Source: Lingula anatina
Lineage: Eukaryota > Animalia > Brachiopoda
NCBI GenBank assembly: GCA_051362555.1
Contig: CM120647.1
Location: 12,562,651-12,626,650 of the forward strand
Reading direction: 5' to 3'
DNA: 64,000 nt
Part shown: in pieces, positions 11,480 through 24,800 of the stretch
Numbering within the stretch: the stretch's first letter is position 1
Layout: every line of letters starts with the position of its first letter
The notes under the pieces: generated by a model
What the model was told of the DNA's origin: nothing
The model's input: the letters and a program-made list of their open reading frames with translations, nothing else
Databases searched by the model: none
Made by a program: the position numbers and the translations under genes

Positions 11480-12933
11480 TCATTGTGTTACGTCCTTTCT
11501 AACAAACCGTATGTCTTGGGCCTCAAGTATTGTCCCTTCCCTGTAGAGTCCTGTATTTTTAAAGATTTCCCTGATTGCTTTCTCACGTTTTGGAGTATCA
11601 GGACCTCCTCCGTGAACTGCGTACTCTATCGTCCACACGTCAACGCTGACGTGTTCCCATGGAAACGACTTAAGGATTTGTATTTCGGCACCCTCTACGT
11701 CCAAGGTAAAGTGGTCCACGTGATTCCTACCGATGGCGGCCAGAAGAGAACGAATTGGAAAACACTGTATGCGACTTTTTCTTCAATGGCGTTTTGTTCG
11801 CCCTTAGAAATAGCGTAGCTTTTTTCGGCCATTCCTCCTATCTCTTGAGCGAACGTAAAATCAACCATTGCGGGACTGTGGCCTGTTGCCAAGCACGTAT
11901 TAGCAGCATAAGTTTTCCTATAAAGAAAAAAAAAAAAGAAATACACATTGTCATCTATGAAGGTGTGAGCAGCTTCATGTACACGCCAAATTCATAACAG
12001 TCCAAATTTATTGCTTACATTTGCTTTGATCCTCAACGGAGAGGAGGAATGGTTCAGACAAGGAATAAAAGAGGCCATTCCTGAACGGGTTGAACAACAA
12101 GCAAGATGGCCGGAGATAGAAACTACCATATCTTGGGAACATTCCGCGCATATTGTTACCACGTGAAGACGGCTTTGTAATAAGGTCCTGGCCCGTAGCA
12201 AGCAATTTCAAAGCGGGGGTTCTTTTCTGAAAAAAGTGGACCATGCAACCTTCATTTACCTAAATAAAATTTTACCCAACCTTTTCCCAACCCCCAAACT
12301 CCCCCTGGCTACGGGGGCCAAGAAGGCCTTGTGATGAGGTGGAAATGTTGTGACCTTTGCTTCAGAACGTGAGATCTAGTGCAAGACCAAATTCATTTCC
12401 AACAGTATATATGTATACTTGATAGAACAAAACATTTGTTTGACTTACCTGTTTTTGTTCAAAAGCACTTGAAAAGACCACGGGTTTGGCTCCACAAGTA
12501 ATCCTTCCCAGTCTCGTGAAATCTCAAAAAAGAGAGAATTGGAATGAGCCTCTCCATCATATGCTCCTGATTCCACAAAAAATCCTTTGCGGCGTTGCTT
12601 CAGAATTTTGTCTACCAATTTTGATTGTCCAATTTGGTCCCAGTATGTTGCCTTTGGTTTGGAAAGATTATAGGGCAGCTTGGAAGGAGGGAGAATCCAT
12701 TTCCCTCTTAAGTGTTCTGAAAAATCTTCACTGAGGGAGTCTATGTTCCCGGTGCCAAGACGTTTGATGAACTCTGTGGTTATAGAGCACTTTTGTTTAA
12801 GTTCCTTTTTAGCATTACTCGAGTGTTTAGAGAAAAGATTCGGTTTAACTTCCCAAACGAGATGAAAAATAAGCGCTGAAAAGCAAAACGCTGCAATGAT
12901 AAGAACTACGGTCGTCCATTTGTTCATCGCCAT
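11480..12933 (-). pseudogene. FkbM-family methyltransferase, copy 3, with a 1-bp frameshift in the last exon. Exons 12933..12449 and 11917..11480
   Basis: Motifs and splice sites intact. The last exon is 438 nt versus 439 in copies 1/2: CTTTTTCTTC at ~11775-11784 versus CTTTTTCCTTC. The ORF track splits here. Could be a sequencing error. Confidence 0.7.
12020..12360 (+). mobile_element. Penelope-like element 3' fragment (GIY-YIG C-terminus plus hammerhead remnant) in the methyltransferase intron; shorter copies ~1255-1560 and ~6305-6600
   Basis: Translates LILNGEEEWFRQGIKEAIPERVEQ, resembling the ILD.E..W..R.IKEAI motif of Penelope endonucleases; followed by a split hammerhead-like motif. 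Confidence 0.6.
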
Positions 12934-13687
12934 CACGTGTCTTTATTTCTTTGGTTACCTGAAAATAGATAAAAATAATTATGGGCGCATTCCCATAGAT
13001 TTTAGATCGATCTATCCCCGTGGGGAGTCTCACTAGATTACTGTCAGATAATCCGGCTTAAATGTCCGTCCCGCCTACTACAAGCTGTAAGGGGGTAATT
13101 AACTTTCGTGCCCGCTTGGCTGACAGCTATTTAGTGTGAACCCCCAGGGATCTAGTTGGATCGATCTTATCTCTGGGAATGGGGTCTAAGAGTTATTCAT
13201 TCCAATATTGTGGCTACATGTATGGTACTTTGGTATGCGAATAGGAAAATTCAGTCCAACGCATATTTATAAATTCAGCGTATTTATTTACCCTTTATTA
13301 GCTTGGTAACACATGAATGTAAAATAGACAATTGCTTGTGAAACCCCTAAGGAATATGTGAATTCATGTAATGTAGGCATTGGAGGCACTGAATGTACAA
13401 CAATGTTGTGGATGCTCTTTCTATTGTATTTTATACTACGTGCAGCTCTGAGTGGAGGGGGGGGGGGGGTTGTTATCACGTGGTGTTGGAAATTGGGATG
13501 CATGCATTCCCTTTATATTAATTAATTTCCATTTCTGTGTATTCAATACTCCGTGAAAAGGTCGAATAACTTTATAATCGTTTTATACAATTTTTTTCTT
13601 CCGAAATTAATAAACGTTAGGATGGTTCGTTGGAGGAAACAGTTAAGCAACAAAACTTTTTAAAATTTCAACAACAACAACAAAAAC

Positions 13688-13732
<45 letters not shown>

Positions 13733-15739
13733 ACAGGAAGTATTAAAGAACCAGTTAATCTGTCTTATCAAATTTACACAACATACCTGTACATGCCGTG
13801 GTACTGCCACAACCTATGTTTAGAATTTTATTTTAATGCAATATAATATGTATTATAATATAAAAATAAAATATTTTTTTTTAATATCTTTAAGTTGAAT
13901 CTTAAACCAAATTCTTACAGCTGTGGCACTGCCACAATCTATGTTAATGGGACCTTGGGGCTGGAGGGTCCATACATTTATGCTTATCAATAGTTACCAC
14001 CCCTTTTACTACATTTGTACGTGATGCTAAACAGGTGCGCACTCATTATTCTGCAATCTATTAGGCTCTGCAAACACAGACTTTGATCCCTTTAAAATGT
14101 ATTGAGCACGATGTAAACTGATGGGGTACCTCTACTGAAATGGAGGATAAGCCAGGAAAACCTAAATGAGTGATTAGCTATTAAACGTGACATTTAAAAA
14201 ACGAGAATCACTGGTAAAATTTCAAGCCAGAAGTGAGTGTGTGTTGCAGTGCACATGACCAAACGTACTGCATACACATATTACATGCATGACTTATTGA
14301 GATTATTGAGTGGAACCTTTTCTGAAACTATATCAGGCACAGTGTTAAAGCGAAATTTCTCTGGCATTGAATTTACGTAAACAAACCTGAAAATGCCAAA
14401 AAGGTGACAATATTCTCCTCAAAATCTGTTTAAAGGTGTACATGTACATTCTAGAGTTGAAACAAAATTTCAACATGTTTTATCCAAAAGACAGCAGCTT
14501 CTGCTAAGGTGTATGGCGCGCATGTGTGTTTTGTTTCATAGAGAGAAACACCCACATGTGTACAAGCATATATCTCCGGATGTTGCACGTGTGACTAATT
14601 GTTTTACAGCCATTTTCTGAAACTGTATCTGACACAGTAAGAGTGTGATTTTGACGGCCCATTTTGTAAATACAGGTACCCAGCAACATTCGTTAAAGTT
14701 GAATTGTGCATTGAAATAAATTATTCCTGTTTTGTTTTCGATCAATCTCATTTACATCAGATGAAATCCAATTTTTAGACTGAGCTTATTTTTTTCTAGA
14801 TCCAAACTTAAACTGAATACAACGAAATTTCAGCAGCAATGGATCAGTAAACTTTTAGTCTAATAAATTCTTTTGAATCAGGGTTATTTCCAAGTAAATT
14901 GAAGTTAGATCTTTCTAGTCTTTGGGTAGTTCATATGATCATTTTACCAATAAACCTATAAGAAAAAAGTAGTACCAGTGGCGAAACAGGCCTACTGGTT
15001 GTGCTTAAATAAGTTGCGCGACAATACGCATTTGTGTTGGGGGTGGTCGGCTCACGTAATCGGCAATACGTAGGCAATGCTAAGTTTTCAGACGGTACCG
15101 TCCACAAATGCTACTAAAAGACAGGTGATTTAAAGAGAGGAGTACTTCAAATTTCGACATGCTTACCGCTTACCTTCAAAAGAGAACACTGCTTTTTCGA
15201 ATTTGGTAGTGAGTGCGCATGCGCAATGGCTTTGTAAACATTTGCCGACATTTATTGAAATACTACTAGTATGTCAGTTTCTTTTATGAAATTGAATGTG
15301 ACAATTATAAGCTCAAATCTCAGAAGCAAGTATGTATATATGTAAGGCAAATTATTGTATTACACTTTTATCAGACAGTGATATACTTGAGTCACTGTTT
15401 ATGTCTGCATGGTTTCTAATTTGCCACACGTTTGCAATTGGTGTCATTCTGCTTGGTACCAGATAAATGCGTTTTGATAACCTACGATATCCCATGGTGA
15501 TTTAGTAACTGATTGCAGCATGTGTGTTTCCGTTCCTTTCTTGTGAGGGGCCTTTTTTTACTACCCTGTGACCCCACATTACATGAAATATACCCTTTAA
15601 AATATAACCCCCGGGGGGGGGGGGATCTATAAAACTGCTATGGAGTTTCCCAGGTTCGATGTCTGAAACTCTGCACACAGAAAATAATGAAACGACTCCC
15701 TGTTGTAACTTTAACAGAATATATTAAGATTTAGCTCAC

Positions 15740-16050
15740 AATTTTTTATGCTTAACTATGCTCAGCAAAGACATGTCCCGTCATTATGTCGCCTGGGGCA
15801 GGAAATTAAGCCTGGTTTGCCTACAAGTAGAAGACATGATGTCAGAATTGTGGGGCGTAAAACTCTTTTAAAGACGATAATTTCGAAAATATGGAGATCC
15901 AAAATATCGTTTTCAATGGTTGTCGTGTGACTTAAAATAGGCAATGCATTTTTGTTTGCCTCACTGGCGAATTCAATTTTTGAACTGATGTCACAATGAC
16001 ATCAAAGAGATAAATAAAAGTTATTAAAACACGATTTTAATCCTTATTTT
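15740..16050 (+). mobile_element. Tc1-like 3' fragment of the same family as 38560..40220; TIR lost
   Basis: Near-identical to ~39940-40140 over its 3' part (GGCAATGCATTTTTGTTTG..GAACTGATGTCACAATGACATCAAAGAGA). Confidence 0.8.
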
Positions 16051-17330
16051 CTTCGTTGATCCATTGCCATCATTCTTGTTTAGTTATTTATCTTTTATAT
16101 TTCTTCTTTCGTCACCTGGAACTAGATCAAAATAGTTAGGAGTTAGCTGTTCCAACAGGAATATTTAAAACGGATGGGTTGGATCAGATACTGTAGCTTG
16201 TTCATGTATTTCGAGAACCTATTGTTTTGTATTGTGCCGTGTAATGTGACGCAGAGTCCCCCACGACAAAGACTCCGCTTCCCATTCATTTGTACATGTA
16301 AACTTCACTTTAGATTTTGATCCACTAAGGCTAGGCTAACCCTAGTCATTATTACAATATGGAGGGCGGTCTTTCTTTTATATGGACCCTCAGTTCCGTT
16401 ACACCAGAATCTGTTGTAAACACTTCGTAAACAATTTATTCAACCTGGCAGTGAGCATTTAAAAGTCCTAAGACGATTCCCTCATGACAGTTACTACCAG
16501 AAAACATCTAAAGGGGATTAAAAAAATAGGTAACCTGATTTACTGTGATGCTATTAGACACTAAAACTGCAGTTAAAACATTACAGTGTTTAACTGCAGT
16601 TTTAATTACAGTGTTAATCTGATAAATACCACCACTATATCAAGTTTTACATAATAAAAGAATGTCATTGATCAATCCATTTGCATTTTATATGATTGTT
16701 AGGGAGCTCTCTGAATAACAGGTTATGTAAATAATAATAATAATAAGAAGAAGAAGAAGAATGAAACAAGAAAAAGTGGCAAAACAATTAAAAGTGACAG
16801 TTCTTTAGAGGGATATATGGTTAGTGAGATTTTTACTTTACCCCTCCTTTATTTTGAGAAGCCCCTTCATTAAAGGTAGACAGAATAATTCCCTTATTCT
16901 CAATATTATAACTGCATTACACAAGTCTTTCCCGGATACTCTTATAGCCTAAACAACTCTGAACAAATTCCATTAGTTTTATGATAGACGAGCAAGGTAT
17001 AAGTACGGAATTGTAGTCAAGTAGTACCTACCTTTTATCTTGTGTAGAGTCGTATTCCCAGCTGCATCATTTACACCTAGTCAACCACTGTTTTATATGT
17101 TATCTTGCTGAAGGCGAACAAAGCCTGCTTTAGGACAGAAAAAAGCTTTAAGACAGAAAATAATTACTCATGTCAGCCCTTAAAATCCCGTTTTGCATAC
17201 AATCGTCACAAACTTTGTATGCTGAAGTCGTTAATTTTTTATTTGTGGTGATCCCTTCTGCATCACCCATATCTAGTCATACACTATTTTATATCACAAA
17301 TGAAAATAATCAAACACAAGCCGAAAAACT
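16051..17330 (-). pseudogene. 5' stub of a fourth FkbM copy: putative non-coding exon, intron 1 and first ~8 codons (MMAMDQRR)
   Basis: Colinear with ~2133-3390 of copy 1, including the acceptor and the donor at 17030-17031. It ends abruptly at ~16051 against a Tc1 fragment. Confidence 0.8.
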
Positions 17331-18146
17331 TTAAAACCGTTACCTTAGGTTAAGACCAACCAGGACGTAGGCCTTTATCAGACTGATGTAAGCAGATGTT
17401 GACCTTATGCTGACCGCTAGGTGGTTTAGCGGTAAAGACCCATCCAGGTTGGCAGTAAGCTAACGGTACGAAAGTTTTTCCGCTTGTGTTTGAATATTTT
17501 TATTTATAATACACCTACCAAGCTAATGAACATGTTTTGCTTACCGGTATTTTATATCACGTTATCTTGCCGAAGGCGAACATAAAGCTTCAAACGTAGA
17601 ACCATGCACATGAGCTATATGATCATCACCATTGGGTGCCATACTAACACTCTCATCAGGTTAATTGTCATGGATCTCCCTGCTTCTCGATCTTGTGCAG
17701 TTCCTATGCTATATCTTGGCTATATATTTTTGATTGCTCTGTATTTTATGTTGTGCATCCATGTTGCTCTCGGTCTTCCTTCCCCATTTTCCCATATAAC
17801 TTCCTTCTTATAACAACCGCTGGAAATGATCTTTTCTTCTAGTATGAGCACAATAAATGAATTTTCTGTTCTTCATAACTATAGTGTTCAAGTAATTACC
17901 TTATTTTTAGATTATTTAGTACTTCCTCGGTAATTTTGTGTTCAGTCTATGAAATTTTGGCATCCTTCTATAACGATTCCCGTTTTTTTTTTTTTTTTTT
18001 TTTCATTTTTTTGTTAGCGTCCATGTCTTTGGGCTGTATAATAGACTTGACCATACTGTATGTAACATTTTAAACTGATACTCAACCTTAAACTATATAA
18101 AACGTGTAAATTATGTAAGTTGAACGATATTAAGAATGAGCCTTTA

Positions 18147-18148
<2 letters not shown>

Positions 18149-18205
<57 letters not shown>
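18149..18205. repeat. (TA)n microsatellite
   Basis: Direct reading. Confidence 0.95.
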
Positions 18206-18208
<3 letters not shown>

Positions 18209-18839
18209 TCTTGTTTCTTCTTAGATAAACAGAAGTGAAAAGAAGTAAGAAGAAAACGTTTTGATCTTGAAAGTTTTTTTAAAACGAATTGATCACTGAT
18301 CCACCTCAATAAATGGGGAAAAGCATATAATTCGTCATGTCATCTGGGCCTGAACAAAGGGGCACTTCAGTGAAAAATACATTGGAATTGGAATCAACAT
18401 CATAAAAAAGTCACTCTGAATCCACCCAGCTCAGTATAGGTTGTTTATCACCTCAGGGATACTCCAGTCTTGGAACGTCCTGGGTGACTTGGTCTTAAAA
18501 AATATTGAGAACCCTAGTTAATAGAGTTCTTTCTGTAGCCAATACACGCTTGCGATAACATTCTTTACTTATCTGAAAAATGGAGAAAAGTAAATACTGA
18601 AGTTAAGTCTGTGTCTGAACAAAGAGCGAGACTTCAGTAAAAAGTACACCGAGATAAGAAACAAGATGATCAAACAAAAGTAACATTAATGCGAGGAAAA
18701 AAACGAACTCACTATAATAAAAGTTTCCTCCAACTGACTTTTGATTGATCACCTGGATATAAAATGTGATTCGAGTAAATCTATCATCACGTAATTTTTT
18801 ATGCGATGGACAAAAGAGGGCGAGTATTCGAAAAACAAC

Positions 18840-21800
18840 ATGGCGACAATTTCTTGTAAGCAACATGCCCGGATAAAAACGATAGTTTGTCTTTTAGTGG
18901 GCTTATTTTTACTGCAGATGTTGATATATATCATATATACTGAAAAGATCCGATACACAGGACGTCGTCAAACGCTGGAAAACATGGGTAACAGATTTAG
19001 ACTAGTTAAAATATCACTGTTTTCTTTTTTACTGCAATATCCAGACAGAATTATTTCAGTTTTGTCAAGCATGACATTTTCGTCTTCGTCTCTGAACGTG
19101 ACTGCTGTAAAAGCAACACAGAGTGTGCTGAACTTAACTTCAAATGCATCTGATGCAGAAATTACCACATATCTGGACGTGATAAATGTAGGTGGTCGTG
19201 TTAATCCAACCAAAGTCAACACAAGACGCGCGATAGACGCTGGGATGACAGAGGGACCGTTAATAGTGAATACCGCTTCTTTAAAAATACAAGACGCTGT
19301 CACCACGGTCATCGGACTTGGGGACGGACTTAATAAGACGTGTTCTATCCACGAAGCCGCTTTAGGTGAGTTTGTTGGGGAAGGTTATTGAAACCGAGGC
19401 ACAAAATAAGCAACGACTTTTCCTGGTTTAAGTTACAAAAGTTACAACTGTATTATTTCTCAACCCATCATCATCTTAGCTCAATTAAAAAAAATCCATG
19501 TGAATTTTTTTATATACATTCTTCCCATTTTCTCAAATTATATTCATTTCACACTGTGGTCATATATTCACCAAACTAGTGACAGCTAGGCCCAACTAAT
19601 TTTGTTTAAAAATCAATCGTTATTTTGCAGCTAGCAGACGGATGGTGAACTTGCATCCGCCATCTTGGAGAGAGCTTGAAAACAAATTTAAAGATACTGG
19701 TTTACTACCAGGAGGGCTCTGGAGACCAAGGAACTGTAATCCTAACGTTCACGTCGCCATCATAATTCCTTTCCGAGGACGGGATTCACAGCTGAGAGTT
19801 TTTCTTAATAACATGATTCCGTTGTTTCAGAAACAAAACTTAGACTACGGGATATTTGTTGTAGATCAGGTAAGTCAATTTTTATCACTTCTGATATTTT
19901 TTTGAAGTTAAAAACATTTTGTTGTCCTAGCTCATATGATTCAATACTAATGGTGAAATATTATTAAATTCTTTAAAATTCATACTGTGCCTGCTTCTCA
20001 TTGCCACTGTGCTTATATAAAGCCATTAATCAGTAACGCTGACTCAGAAAAACGTTCCTTTTTCTTTTTGGTGGGGCGCTGTTGTTGAAGGCTTACAATG
20101 CATGAAAACATGTTATTTGTACCACCGGTGTACCACCAGGACCTCTTGTTTAATGCAATCAGTTTAATAATAATTTATTGAGCACTAAAATGTTTCAGTA
20201 CATTTTGCAAGCCCTCTAAACTACTTGTATATAGATACATTTAGTACAATCTAGACCTATTATCACAATAAAAATAAATAAATAAATAATAATAATGATA
20301 ATAAGATTAAAAAAATACCTATATTACATAATGACAATTACATTGTTCTGTATTGTGGTAGACTTGCTCATTATTATTGACAGGCTAGTCTTTTTTTAAA
20401 TGTTTGTTGGATGAAGTGACACACGGTTTTTAGGGAGTGTTCACTTTGAGGATTCAGAAGCCAGGCAAGTTTTTCTTAATCAGATGACATTTGCGGCGGT
20501 ATCATTTTTATCATTTTTTCTCTTTCGTTCACATGCTCATTACATTTTAGTAGGAAATGCACTTCTGTTTCAACATCATTGCAATGTGGACATATTCGGT
20601 TTTCTACTGGTTTTTTGGGTTTTGTGTAGCGACCTCTTTCAATTTCTAGGTCATGGTCGCTGATTCGAAATTTTGCAAGTGTTTTTATTTCATTTAGAGG
20701 GACTTTCATTGTGAGATAATTTTCTGGAGTGTAGGATTTCTTTATTGCTTTATAAGTTCTTAGTTTGCTTTTATTGTCACTGTGCAGGTCGGTCCAAAAA
20801 AGTTCTTCAATTTTTTTGATAACATTTACTTGAAGTAAGTTTGGGTCTTCAGTGTTTAGATCTGTTGACAGTCCCCAGAGGTCTATAAAAGTTTTTAGAG
20901 AGCTTGACCAGCTAGGCCCTTTTAAATGGATTTCTCTTTCATAGATTTGTTTCACGATTCTATTTGGAGCAAGTTCTTTGAAACGAATTTGATACTTAAA
21001 AACATGTTTTACAATATCTGTGTAGAGTGGAAGCCTTCCAAGTTCTGCCCTACTTGCATTGTTGCTTGCATATTTCCGTACACCAAGAGCCCACTTACAC
21101 GTTTTTAGATGGAGCTGCTCAAAAGGCATTTTATTAATTTTTTGGAGGGAGATTTTCTTATCTTTAAATAGTTCCTCTGCCCAAACTTCACAACCATAGA
21201 GTAAGATTGGCTTGACGGTTTTATCAAAGAGTTTCATGTATAGTAGGGGAGAAGATATTTGGTGTGAAGAAAGTGCTGTTTTCAGTGCAAAAGATGCTTT
21301 CATTGCATTTTGTTTCAGGTTTTCAATTGCTTTTTTTAAAGACCCTGTGTTTGTGAAGGTTATTCCTAAGTATGTGAAGTTCTTCACAGATTCTATGATT
21401 TTGTTATTTATATAGAAGTTAATAATATCTGTCTAGTTTCCCTTGTTTGTTAAAGATGACAACTTTTGACTTTTTCTCATTTACCTGAAGGTTCCATTTT
21501 CTGCAATATGTTTGAAGTGCTAATAAGTGGCCTTGTAGTCCTTCCTTGCTAGTTGATAACAGGACAAGGTCATCTGCATAGAGGATGTGGTTTAGGCCAT
21601 CAATGGAGCAGTCCTTATTTTTGTTCTTAAAGATTTCTTTGATATCATCAATGAACACATTAAAGAGGGTAGGACTCAGATTATCCCCTTGTCTGATTCC
21701 TATCCTTGATATAAAAGGCTTTGTGTACCCTTCCCCAACAGAGATGCCTAATCTGGTGTTACTGTACATTGTTTTAATGATGCTGTAAAATTTTCCTCCT

Positions 21801-24800
21801 ACTCCAGTTTTGAGCAGTTTCAACAGTAGGCCCTTGTGCCACACAGTATCAAATGCTTTTCTCAGATCAACAAAGCATGTATATAGTTTCCTATTTTGAT
21901 TGATGTGTCTGTTAATTATCGATTTCAAAGTGAAAATATGATCGGTAGTTCTATAGCCCGGCCGAAATCCTGCTTGTTCCTCACTTAACTTGTTTTTTGA
22001 TTGGAGGTATTCAATGATTCTGTTTGCTAAAATAGAGTTAAACAGTTTTCCCAAACAGCTAGTTGTACAGAGTCCTCTGTAGTTTGAGGGGTTCATGTAT
22101 TCTCCTGACTTAAAAAGCGGAATAATAACCCCGAGGTTCCATGGATCAGGGATTTCTGACGTATCTAACACTAAATTAAAGAGTTTAGTAATCACACCTG
22201 TAAGGTACTGTGCCCCTGTCTTCAACATTTCATTTTTTTATCATGTCTTCACCAGGAGATTTTCCATTTTTTAACTTCCGTATGGCTTTCTTGACTTCAT
22301 GTACAGTTATGGGAAGGTTGAGGGTGGGCTCGCCTAGCATATTTTCATGTGCTTTGATTTGATTATCTATTTCTTGTTCGTCCTGGGGTGGGATTCCACA
22401 TAGGTTATAGAAGTGGTTAAGCCATGTATCTGGTTCAATTAGGTTTTCTTGGTCCTTTTTACCCTTCAGTTTTTGTAGGGTTTGCCAAAAGGCTTTAGGA
22501 TTTTTTTCTTCAAGGTTTAGCAATTAATTTATCACTTTAGTCTTGTGGTTTTCTTTCTTTTCTTTAATCATTTTCTTGTACCTTTTGACAGCTACATGGT
22601 ATGTTTCAGAAATGAATTTATTTTTCGGGTTTTTTTGAAGGAGTTTTCCTAATGATTTGACATTTCTCCTTACTTCCAGACAGGTACCGTCAAACCATGG
22701 CTGTTTTTTCACTATTTTTTTTGGTCTTTTATTTTGTTTGTTACTTTGAGGTTTCTTTTTTCGTAGGGATGCTTCTGCGGCGTTTTCAAGAATATTTACT
22801 AGAGAGCGACATGCATCATGCACTCCACTCTTTGTTGCAGGAAAGTTTGTTGACTGCAGATTACAGATGGCTGACATGTTTGATTCAGTTTCAAGGGCAC
22901 TTAAAAATTTTTCACATGAGTCTGACTCCCAGATATATCTACCATTGAATTTCTGAAGGGACTGTGAGTTTCTATACTCTTTGATACCTGTTGTTTGAAA
23001 CGTGACATCCAATAAACAGTGATCAGACAAGTAATCAATAGGATGGATAGTGAAATACTTAACATTGCTGAGTAGCCTGTCACTAACAATGGCATAGTCT
23101 ACTGCACTACATCCCAATTTGTTAAAGCAGGTAAAATATCCTAAGGAGTTGCCTTGTGTTCTACCATTTAAGATGATTAAACTACTGCTTTTACACAGTT
23201 CTAGTAGACTTCTTCCCTGGGGGTTTACCACACTATCTAAATTGTTTCTAGGTTGTTTAAGTGTGCTATTGGCCAAACTGTCAGGCACCGGTCCAAACAT
23301 GCTATCATCTTTGACTAAGTCTGACAAAGTCCCAGTCCTTGCATTAAAGTCACCTAGGAGACAGACTGAGCCTAGTGCCTGATAGCGTGCAATTTCATCT
23401 TCTAGGATATCAAAAGTGGCCTCATCAGTTGCAGTGTTGCCTGGTTTTATGTAAACTGCACACACAAATTTAACGTATTAACAAGTCTCCTCTTTTTTCC
23501 AACGTACTTTTATAAGCACCAGCTGTTCTGTATTCCACTCAACGCCAGGAGGAGCGATGTTAATCTACTAATCTGATTGCAAGTACCAAGAGTCTCAGCG
23601 GAGTTGGATTGATCAAAGGAGACCGATACTTTTATTGGAAATGAGCCCTATGTTGATATTTTGATTAGTTTGTGTTATAGAAAGGCGTAAGCTGTTTATT
23701 TGGCGCCTATCTCTGTTAAACCAATAAACCAACAAACTGATGCTGTTATATATCTTTTTCGAGAACCTCTCCAGAAAAATCTCCTTGGGGTTTTGTTTAC
23801 CATTTTAAAGATAAATGAGACAGTAATGCCTTGGGTGTTAGACATACTGTTATTTTAACATATTCATGCTATATGAAAGTTGTGTCTAAATCCTCTGCAT
23901 CTCGACTATCAGATGTGTTGATAATTCATATCGAGAGGTGCAGTTTTCTCTTTCGCACGAGCTTGATTGACCACTTTGGAGGGGGGGGGGGTGATGTGTG
24001 AGTTTTTTTCTTATCCGCATAGACAAATAGGAAATTAACATTGCTATATAATGAGAAAATTCTGACACGTGAACAATACGCCTGGGTGAATTTGCAACCC
24101 CAATTAGAGCCGATGAATACCGCATACTTGGAACCTTACGAAATAAAGAGTGTTATTTAATCGAAAAGGTGACGGATAAAATAGTTATATCAGTTGAAAT
24201 ATCTATATAATGTCATAACTTTTCTGTTACAGCGTGAAGGTCCTCCGTTCAACCGCGCCATGCTAATGAACATTGGTTTCGTGGAATCATCAAAGTTAGG
24301 CAACTACAGCTGCTTCATCTTCCACGATGTAGATTTAATAGCAGAGAATGAATTGAATATATACAGATGTGCGGAGAAACCTAGACATATGTCAGTGCTT
24401 ATTGACAAATATAACTACAGGTATGTTTGTTTGTCTTGCCTTTTACAAAATTGCCTGTCTGTCTGTCTGTCGGTCATTTTATTTTACTTGATTTTGTTTT
24501 TTCTTGACTTTATTCTTTTATTCATTTCATTCTTCAATAATTGACGTCATATGTCTTTAATTTTGAAATGAAATAAATTGTGTAATTTTGTTAAATATCT
24601 TATTCTTGCACCATTTGGTAATTATCTTGGACTCATACGGCTGACTTAACTGTAATTTTCACCCTTGGAATATAAATCATGCTTCTCATTATTTGAGAAC
24701 ATTGTGAATGATAGTGATTAATGGCAGCTTGTATTTCTTTCTTCAGAGCTCTTTATCAATACATATTTGGTGGCGTTATTGCGTTAACTAAAGAGCACAT

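Larger units (their letters stand above)
1..12960. repeat. Tandem segmental duplication carrying the methyltransferase gene (periods ~5.05 kb and ~5.7 kb)
   Basis: Position 1 matches ~5055 and ~10725; stop codons at 736, 5785 and 11480; shared intronic and intergenic repeats. Confidence 0.95.

Noticed and set aside
14090-14960. Repeat-like region with duplicated TTTTCTGAAACTRTATC.G.CACAGT
   Set aside because: Probably TE-derived, but no boundaries or second copy are visible in the window.
20160-23480. TSD for the intronic LINE
   Set aside because: Only a TTTAA match at both ends, too short and AT-rich to trust.
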